DNA of 64,000 bases from the human T2T-CHM13v2.0 reference genome, Homo sapiens, in NCBI RefSeq assembly GCF_009914755.1, contig NC_060926.1; one strand, given 5' to 3'. Made by a program: the position numbers and the translations under genes. Shown piece by piece: positions 54,648 to 64,000 of the stretch. Positions within the stretch are counted from its first letter, which is position 1; each line of letters begins with the position of its first letter. Under the pieces are notes generated by a model. The model was not told the origin of the DNA and did not search any database. It saw only the letters and a list, made by a program, of their open reading frames with translations.

Positions 54648-55779
54648 CTGTGAATGACAAATAAATATAAACGATAAAGCAGTACTGACAAGAACATGAG
54701 ATGACAGATAGTGACATTACACACAAACAATGTAATATTCTAATTTAACTCTATTTACACAGGTATAGTTAGGACAAGCTCATATTTCGTTATAAATAAA
54801 AGGTTGAATGAGGCTGGGCACAGTGGCTCACGCCTGTAATCTCAGTACTTTGGGAGGATGAGTGAGGTGGGTGGATCACCTGAGGTCAGGAGTTTGAGAT
54901 CAGCCTGGCCAACATGGTGAAACCCTGTCTCCACTACAAATACTAAAATTAGCTGGGTGTGGTGGCAGGCACATGTAATCCCAGCTACTTGGGAAGCTGA
55001 GACAAGAGAATCGCATGAACCTGGGGGGCGGAGGTTGCAGTGAGCAGAATGGGGCCACTGCACTCCAGCCTGGGCAGCAGAGCGAACTCTGTCTCAAAAA
55101 CAATAACAAAAAAACCCACACAAAGGTAAAAGTCAATTTCACAAGAGACAGTCATGATTAATGGCTCCTAACTCCTCTGAGGATGGCACATTATTTTACT
55201 TTTGGTAGCAACAGCAGGGTCTGGAAAGCAAATGATTAACAACTACTAAATTCTACTACAAAGAAATACAATTGTAGGTTGTTGAAAATATTTTCCAGTG
55301 TGGTTATCAAATTTAAAATGAAAGCTATGGGAAGACGTCCACTTCTATATAACATGTGTAATGTCTGGATAAAGCTGACCATACAGTATACCAACAATGC
55401 AGGCAGAAAATGTACAGTCAGTATAGGTCTCTCTAGAAAAGACCAGGTAACAGAAGTGAGCAAAACAAAGGGGAACTGGTGGTAGAAAGGAACCACCATC
55501 CACCTTCCTCATAAGCACTTTTTATCCAAAGCACTTAATAATGAATTAGCTATCTGCATATTTTTGGCTTGACTGACTTGCCCAAAGTCACAGAAGGCAG
55601 GGGCAGAGCCAGGCACAGAATCTAGGTCTGTTTCTTTGGTCAATATATATGTCTTCTCTTATACTAAAAGAAAATTCAAAACAAAAACTAGGCGCTGTGT
55701 GCACTGCAGCTGACTGAAATTCTTAGAATGGTAAACCAAAATCCTAATCAAAAGACATAAATATTATAAACACTCTTAC

Positions 55780-55908
55780 TTGTTTTAGCACCTGAAGTAC
55801 CAAAGGCACTTGATGAGGGTAAAGCAACCCCTGAGACATTAATGATAAACATAACTTTGCATCTCTTTTCAGTTCATCGTAGCTATTGTCATTTTCCACT
55901 GGGGCAAT
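55780..55908 (-). CDS. PSME4: PSME4 (PA200) coding exon, 129 nt: [43 protein letters not shown]
   Basis: ttttttag|ATT acceptor and CAA|gtaaga donor; open frame, phase 0/0, joins the next exon in frame. Confidence 0.93.
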
Positions 55909-57683
55909 CTAAAAAACAATGTAAAAAGGACAAAAATGGAAAAATAATTGCCAATAAGTACAAAGGCATCCTACATGAGAGACAACACATCTTTAATTTA
56001 ACAATTTTTATGGAAAATTTCAAACACATAAACTAGAGAATAGCATAATGAACCCCCATGAGCCAATCACCTCTTCAATAATGACAAACTCATAATCTTT
56101 TGTTTCATTTTTCCTCCCCTCTGACTCTCATTCCCCAATGAAATTATTTGAAGCAAATCCCTGACTGTTTCATCCTAAATATTTTATTATGTTATTTCTA
56201 AAAGGTCCCTTAAAAAAGAATCATGTAATGGACATCATCACACATAAAACTTCGTTACAGTTATAATATAAAATATGTGGCGGTACTCAGATTTCCCCAA
56301 GTACCACATTCATGTGTTATTACAACTGGTTTTTTGAAATCAGGTTTAAGGTAATGACCACATATTGTACTTACTTGGTATGTTTCATAAATCTCTTTCA
56401 ATGCATATATTCCCCCCCGCAACTATCTTAAAATCCCTTGCTCTGTATTTTTTTTCCTCAGGGAAAAAAAGCTGTGTCTGTTGTTTTATAGTTTCCCCAC
56501 TGTGGCCTTTGCTGATTGCATCCCTGCAGTGGTATTCCTTGGCCCCAGTAAGTCTTATAAATTGGCTATTAGATGTAAAGGTCTGACTTTATTGAAGTTT
56601 CACTTTTTTGGGCACAACATAAGTGGTGCTGTGTATTTCTTTCATTGATATTTAGCTTTGTCTTTCTGTGATAATCCATTATAAAAAGAGAGATTTGCGA
56701 AATGGTCATTCCTTCTTCATTATTAGCTAGAATACTTATATATATATATATAAGCTTTCCCTCATTTGGAATAATGATTTCCCTTCTGTCCTCCAAAAGT
56801 AGATAAGAATTTTTAAAAGACTATCATTATGAATTCCAACAAATCTGATGGCTGTAGCCACTGTCATTCTTTTTTTTTTTTTTTTTTTTTTTTTTTGAGA
56901 CAGGGTCTTGCGCTGTAGCCCAGGCTGGAGTGTAGTGGCACAACCATGGCTCACTGTAGCCTCAACTTTCTGGGGTCGGTGATCCTCCCACCTCAGCCTT
57001 CTGAGTAGCTGGGACCACAGGCACGCACCACCGTGTCCAGCTATTTTTTTTTTTAAATGTATGGTAGAGACAGAATCTCACTGTGTTGCCCAGATTGGTC
57101 TCAAACTCCTGGGCTTGAGCAATCTTCCTGCGCTGGCCTCCCAAAGTGCTGAGATTACAGGCATGGGCCAGTGTACCCAGTATCCGTATTTGTTTTAATG
57201 AAGAAATCAGGTTTGTCTGGTACCATACTTTGACTATGAATGTATGCTGTCTGATGCCTTAAATACGTTTTAAATATTTAAAAAATATACCCTTGCACAT
57301 TCAGTAGGGGAAAGCTTTAATAAAGTTTGCTAAGGGACTCTGGGGTGCTAAGTTGGAGGGATTCTCATGAGGCTGGCATGGATAACAGAGCAAGATCCTG
57401 CCTCTACAAAAAAAAAAAAAAAAAAAAAAAATTAGCTGGGCTTGGTGCCACATGCCTATAGTCCTTGGGAGGCTGAGGTGGGAAGATTGCTTGAGCCCAG
57501 GAGTTCAAGGTTACAGTGAGCTATGATCACAGCACTGCACTCTAGCCAGGGTGACAGAGTGATACCCTGTCTCTTAAAAAAAAAATAAAGTTTGCTAAGG
57601 GAAATTATTTCTATCAAATACTGGACAAACTATCATAGTGAATTAATACACTCAGCTTGAAACTGTTGTTAAAAAAAATTATT

Positions 57684-57956
57684 CTGACATTTGATAAATT
57701 ATTAAGGAAAAGTTTATTCAGCGACATCAGGGGTAGGAGGTTTCCTCCTAAACCAACTTAACGGGATTCCTGCAAAAGGTAGAATAGGGTGATCAGATAC
57801 CAAGGGTGGGGGATTCTTTCTAAACTAGATTAGAGACAGTCTTGCTAAAACTGGACCAAAGACAGACAGGCCAAAGACAGAGCCCAAGGTTGAGATCTAG
57901 TCAGAAAGATGGCTCAGAGGAGCTGACTTAAGTTTGGTCAAGGAGAGCCTTTGTCA
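57684..57956 (-). mobile_element. ERV1 LTR fragment, MER31-like
   Basis: Reverse complement begins tgacaaaggctctccttgaccaaacttaagtcagctcctctgagcc. Confidence 0.65.
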
Positions 57957-58248
57957 TAACAAAGGCATGATTCAGTTCTTTTTTTGTTATGGGTATGCAA
58001 AGACATTTCATAATGCTGAGCTTTAAATATTTTACCTCAGTTAATATAATCCTTGGTATTTTAGAATAAAAATTATTTCTTTTTGCAAATTAAAACCATA
58101 CTGAGTTATATGTTTCCACCTGTTCTACTGGGAAAAATCGGGATGTTTAATATCATACTGTAAAAGTGAGTCTCTGAGGAAATAACCAATAAAGAGGGGT
58201 GTGTAGGAGTGTCTAGCAAAAGCACATATTCATTTACTTTCTACTGGC

Positions 58249-59316
58249 TGTTGCAGGAAGTCAGGGACCCCAAACGGAGGGACCGGCTGAAGCCATGGCA
58301 GAAGAACATAAATTGTGAAGATTTCATGGACATTTATTAGTTCCCCAAATTAATACTTTTATAATTTATTATGCCTGTCTTTACTGCAATCTCTGAACAT
58401 AAATTGTGAAGACTTCATGCACACTTATCACTTCCCCAATCAATACTCTTGTGATTTCCTATGCCTGTCTTTACTTTAATCTCTTAATCCCATCATCTTC
58501 GTAAGCTGAGGATGAATGTCGCCTCAGGACCCTGTGATAATTGTGTTAATTGCACAAATTGTTTAAACAATATGAAATCTGGGCACCTTGAAAAAAGAAC
58601 AGGATAACAGCAATGTTCAGACAACAAAGGAGATGACCTTAAACTCTGGCTGCCTGTGAGCCTGGTGGAACAGAGCCATATTTCTCTTCTTTCAAAAGCA
58701 AATAGGAGAAATATCGCTGAATTCTTTTTCTCAGCAAGTAACATCCCTGAGAAAGAGAATGTGTCCCTAAGGGGAGGCCTCTGAAATGGCCACTTTGGGG
58801 ACGGCTGTCTTTTACAGTCATAGCTAAGGGAGGAAATAAGCCCCGGTCTCCCGTAGTGCTCCCAGGCTTATTAGGATGAGGAAATTCCTGCCTAATAAAT
58901 TTTGGTCAGACCAGTGGTCTGCTCTAAAACCCCATCTCCTGATAAGATGTTATCAATGACAATGTGTGCCCGAAACTTAATTAGCAATTTTAATTTTGCC
59001 CAGGTCCTATGGTTCTGTGATCTCGCCCTGCCTACATTTCCTTTGTGATATTTTATTACCTTGGGAAGTACGCGATCTCTGTGACCCACACCCTATTCAT
59101 ATACTGCCTCCCCTTTTGAAAATCACTAATAAAAACTTGCTGGTTTTACGGCTCAGGGGCATCAAGGAACCTGCTGACATGGGATGTCTCCCCCGGACAC
59201 CCAGCTTTAAAATTCCTCTCTTTTGTACTCTGTCCCTTTATTTCTCAGACCGGCCGACACTTAGGGAAAATAGAAAAGAACCTATGTGAAATATTGGGGG
59301 TGAATTTCCCCCAATA
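58249..59316 (+). mobile_element. MER11 (HERV-K11/HML-8) solo LTR, ~1070 bp, antisense to PSME4 in an intron
   Basis: tgttgcaggaagtcagggaccccaaacggagggaccggctgaagccatggcagaagaac start, cccccaata end, (a)ctggc duplicated on both sides, AATAAA at ~59128. Confidence 0.92.
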
Positions 59317-62300
59317 CTGGCAATGTATGTCTACCCTCCTACCTCAAAGATATACTGGCAAACATATGAAATGTCTACACAAAGATCTACATTGTAGCAC
59401 TATTTCAAAAGCACAACATTGGAAATAATTCAAATATCTATTGGATCTAGAGAGTGTCTGGTTAAATAAACTGTAGTACATCCTTGTAGTTTAGATATCC
59501 TATCGTATGAATCATTCCTATTGTTATAAAGTAATCCCTTAAAAGTCTCTTCAGAAAAAAAGCAAAAGCAAAATGAAATAAGTGAAACTCACTGTTTATC
59601 TGGCTGGCAGGAAACATACTTAGAGCAGTGACTTTTAAAAGCAGGGTAATATAATGCTTTGTGGGATGTATAAAAATCAAATTTAGAGTAACTGTCAACA
59701 GGAACCAAGAGTTTTCACATGAGAGGTAAAAGATATAAAAATACAAGTGGTTAAATAAAATCTTAGTAATCCCAAATTTGAATTGAAAATGCCAGTACGA
59801 GCTATTTCTCTTAGAAAATGTGCTGTGTCTACCAAATAAGCCCAGAAACACTAATCAACTCAGTAACAATGAATACCCCTTGAGCCCGGGAGACTGAGAC
59901 TGCAGTGAGCTATGATCGTGCTACTGCACTCCAGCCTGGGTGACAGAGCAAGACCCTGTCTCAAAAAAAAAAAAAAAAAAAAAAAAAGGAAAAGGAAATA
60001 ACATTGAACATTAATTATTGAACATCAACTGGTGCGATGTCAGAACACATTATTTTTTATCCCTGGCATGTGACCAAAATTACTTTATGAATTTAATTCA
60101 ATTCCAGTAGGAATTGTGTTTTAAAAGGTTAAAAAAATTACAGAAGTATAAACTTGACAAGGAGATTCAAAACCCTGCCTTGGTGTGGAGGAAGAATATG
60201 GTGGAAGTAATTTAACCACATCTCCAAAATGGCAGGACATCCATAGCAAAGTAACTTAAGTTGGAAAATAAAAAATGAGCAGTATAAGGGTATTTCTTTA
60301 GAGACAAAGAGGTGTGCAAAAGCTTAAAAGTGGTAAACTTGGGCTGGGCAGAGTGGCTTATGCCCGTCATCCTAGCACTTTGGAGGCCAAGGTACGAGGA
60401 GCACTTGAAGCCAGGAGTTTGAGAGCAGCCTGGGCCACTACAAGTGAGACCCCATCTCTACAAAAAATAAAATTAGCTGGAGTGGTGGTGCTGGCACACG
60501 AAGGTACTTCCAGCTACACAAGAGACTGAGGTGGGAGGATTGCTTGAGCCCAGGAGTTTGAGGCCATCCTGGACAACATAGCAAGATATCATCTCTTAAA
60601 AAAAAATGCAGATACATCTCTTTTGCCCAGCAATTTCACACCTAGGCAGTATCCTACAAATATGCTCACATGTGCAAGATACTTAAGAAGAGCCAGAGGT
60701 TCCATCAACAGAAAACTGGTTAAATTTTTAAACGATGGTACAATTTAGTCATAAAAAGAGGCAATTTTGTGTAATGATATGAAAAGATGGACATGATATA
60801 CTGAGTTAAAAACCAAAATCACCTTGCAGAATTAAGTAATTGTTATTCATAAAACAATTTCAGAAACACTTTCGTAGGGTAAAGCAGAGACACATTCATA
60901 GTCAAAGGCATAAAAGGACATACACCAACAAAGTCAGGGTACAAATGGTAAATACTCAACAGTTCAAATCTCTAGGCATTACACGTGGAGTTGTTTTCCT
61001 GGTCATTTTATTCACACTCACAGTAAATATGAGGTGATTTAGAGTTTGGGTAGTTAACTGTGGTATAAAAAAGAAGATATTCATTTACTGGCAAGGTCTA
61101 TTACCACCAGAATTTAAGATGACTCACTTCATCTGTTGAATCAGCCGTCTCTCTTCCTACCATTACGAAAAAAATGTGTCTTTCTAATGAAATTAAGACA
61201 CAATACTCTCAAGTACAGCATGGGTGAAAATGTTCTACTAAAAACAGTAAAATTCTAAAATCCAATAGATAAATTTCACCAGATAGATTATATACTAAAC
61301 TATGTTAACCAGTAGAAAATGCTGTTCATTTAGTTAGCAAAGGAATCACCTTATAAGATATTTTTCTCCTGATTATTGAAAAAAATAGTTTTTCTAAAGA
61401 AATACCAACAATGCGAGGTGACTGTATCCAATGTACCACAATATCTGTACATTCTTCTCTAAGTTTTACATATGCGAAACTATAGTGGTGGATTTTGATG
61501 AGCATTTTCTGAAGTTTGAAACTTAGGATAAAATACCTCTCTGACCACCACCATTTGAGCCCTTAATTGTTCCAAATTAAAATACAGTTAAAGATTAGTA
61601 AAATAATAAGTATGTACTTTACCACTGTGCTTTCTGCTTTACAGGTATGTCATTTCATCCTTCTAACAGTTCTGTGAGGGACACTGATATTAAACTCACA
61701 CTCTTTATATAGGAGACAAGTTCAGAAGCTTGTGCAAGGTCACAAAGAAAGCACCTGTCACAGGCAGAATTTTTTTTTTTTTTTGAACTGTCTCCCAGCT
61801 GGAGCACAGTGGCGAGATCTGGCTTACTGCAGCCTCCGCCTCCAGGGTTCAAGTGATTCTCCTGTCTCAGACCCCTGGGTAGCTGGGACTACAGTATCTG
61901 CCACCACACCTGGCTAATTTTTGTATTTTTAGTAGAGATGGGGTTTCACCATGTGGTTCAGGCTGGTCTCAAACTCCCGATCTCAAGTGATCTGCCCGCC
62001 TCGGTCTCCCAAAGTGCTGGGATTACAGGCGTGAGCCACTGTGCCCAACCTAAAGGCAGGATTTTAAACTAGGACTCTATTTACCCGAAAGCCAGGACTT
62101 TGTAAGCTATTCTTGGTTGGAAAACCTCTTCCTTTAATCTTAAGAATATGAAGACTCTTAGACCAGAATAGGCAAGTTTATATATAGATATATATAAATA
62201 TAATTTTAATACATATATATTTCAGGATTTTTTATGGATATAAAACTGCTTTTTATGGGATAGGATAAATAAGATTTTTAACAGAACAGCCAATGTACCA

Positions 62301-64000
62301 TATGTTTCTTACAACAATGTGTTAGCTGAAGTAGATCCAGCATTTTCACTTCTGGTGATTTATTCTATAAAAAATATGTGCAAAGTGCAAAAGATATGTA
62401 TAAGATGTTCACTGTATCATTAATGAAGAGGAACATGTCTACAGTGTTTACCATGTGCCTGATGCTGCTTTAAGCACTTCACATATGAAAATACCCCTTA
62501 TTCTCTCAATTTAGGATGCAATATCTTTTAATTTAAACTCTTGCTATTTGCTAATGGCAACTCAGGAAATGGAAAATGCACATAATTCCTTGTTATCAGA
62601 CTCAGCCACCCACTCCTCAATTTGGACAATGAGGGACACGTATTAACTCGTATAATCCTCGTAACATCCTTAGGAGATGGGTGGTATCATTATCCCCATT
62701 TTACTGATGAGAGGGATAAAGTTCAGAGAGGTTGAATTAGATGCCCATGATTACCTAATTAGTTCATGGGCCATGGAGATGAATTTGATCCAGGCAGCCT
62801 GGCTCAAAACTTCACGCTGTTAATGACTCCACTCACTGCCTCTTGTTGTCTATCTGGTGAACAACTGTCATAAAACCAAACATCTACTACTAGAGAGCAC
62901 AGGATATTAAATTCTAAAAGCCACATAAGGAATAACAAGTATCTACTTACTGACATGGAAACGTACATACAATATATTGATTGGGTTCATAAAAGGGAAG
63001 CTGCAGAGCTACTGGCCTGACTCTACTGACAAACAACTGTGTAGGAAAATAACATTTGAGGAAATACAAAAAAAAAAAAAAAATAAGATAAATATAAATA
63101 AAACTATGAACAGTGGCTGTTATCATACACAATTAGTCTTGTCAGTCTATCTTATACTTTTATGAATATGTGCTGCTTTTATAAACTCACAATAATTTTA
63201 AGAAAAAAAGATACATATAAGAAAGGTTAATGGTAATGGTAGTTTATGAATATTTCCTTCCAACTTTCTCAGTTTTCTCTCAAAAGGCATTTATTTCTTT
63301 TAAAAAGGAGAGAAATTAAACTTACACTGTTACTGAAATTTTCCACAAACTTCAAAGTTTTTTTTATTAACTATTTTTTATTAAATTAGGAATGGGAGAC
63401 CAAAAATAGTAGCTCACACCTGTAATCCTAGCACTTTGGAAGGCTACGGTGGGAGGACCATTGGAGACCAATCTAGACAACATGAGACCCCATCTCTACA
63501 AAAATTTTTGAGAAAATTAGCCAGGCATGGTGATGCATGCCCGTAGTCCCAGCTACTCAGGGGGCTGAGGCAGGAGGACTGCTTGTGCCCAGGAGATTGA
63601 CGCTGCAGTGAGCCATGACTGCACCACTGCAGTGAGACTGTCTCAGAAAAAAGCGGTGGGGGGGTGCGGGGTCCATGTGATAAGCTGCCATTCGCTGGTC
63701 TCTCCTCTGATATGAATGTTGTTGACCATCCACAATAAAGAAAGGTAATGTGGGTTTTAAACTTTGGACAGTTGAAAATAATCTAGTCCTCTTAAATGGT
63801 TCTAATTTAGTTCATATAAAGTAAGTTACGAGGCATATGCTAACTGAATCATCTCTATTTGTTGTGTTCTCATCACCCTAACCTGTGAATGTTGGCTCAA
63901 TTCTTATACTTCTTTTTTTTTTTTCCATCTACACCCATTCCCTTGATGATCTCATTCAATATCATGGTTTTAAGTATCATCTCTGTTGATGACATTTAAG

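Noticed and set aside
58304-58490. Direct repeats as a CRISPR-like or novel array
   Set aside because: Two adjacent ~90-nt copies internal to the MER11 LTR, no spacers; eukaryotic DNA.
56000-64000. Further upstream PSME4 exons
   Set aside because: No open frame with credible splice sites found by eye; mostly L1, Alu, MIR and LTR relics. The next exon is probably beyond the window.

Overview
Alu-dense human/primate genomic DNA that I recognise as the chr2p16 GPR75 locus. The assignment comes from recall of the encoded proteins, not a search. All genes are on the minus strand. From right to left: (1) The 3' end of PSME4 (PA200 proteasome activator): five coding exons in one continuous frame ending in ...SPCYYA*, a 3'UTR intron, and a ~1.5 kb terminal exon with poly(A) at ~44290. 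(2) A CpG-island promoter and exon 1 of GPR75, also the first coding exon of the GPR75-ASB3 read-through. (3) The intronless 540-aa GPR75 CDS (33354-34976). (4) The MIR3682 hairpin (29343-29426). The left ~29 kb has no credible protein-coding exon. It is a nest of Alu, L1, L2, MaLR/ERV LTR and DNA-transposon relics, with retrocopies of 7SL, U2 and U13; the U13 copy is split by an MSTA LTR. I see no new gene family. The best leads are regulatory. GPR75 exon 1 has five upstream AUGs in all three frames, and one appears to switch between uORF and fusion-protein start depending on splicing. The GPR75 poly(A) signal abuts Alu insertions and is followed by a Drosha hairpin. PSME4 exon skipping could swap the YYA gate-opening tail for a 27-aa tail. 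Exon and hairpin coordinates were counted by hand; repeat boundaries and subfamily names are approximate.
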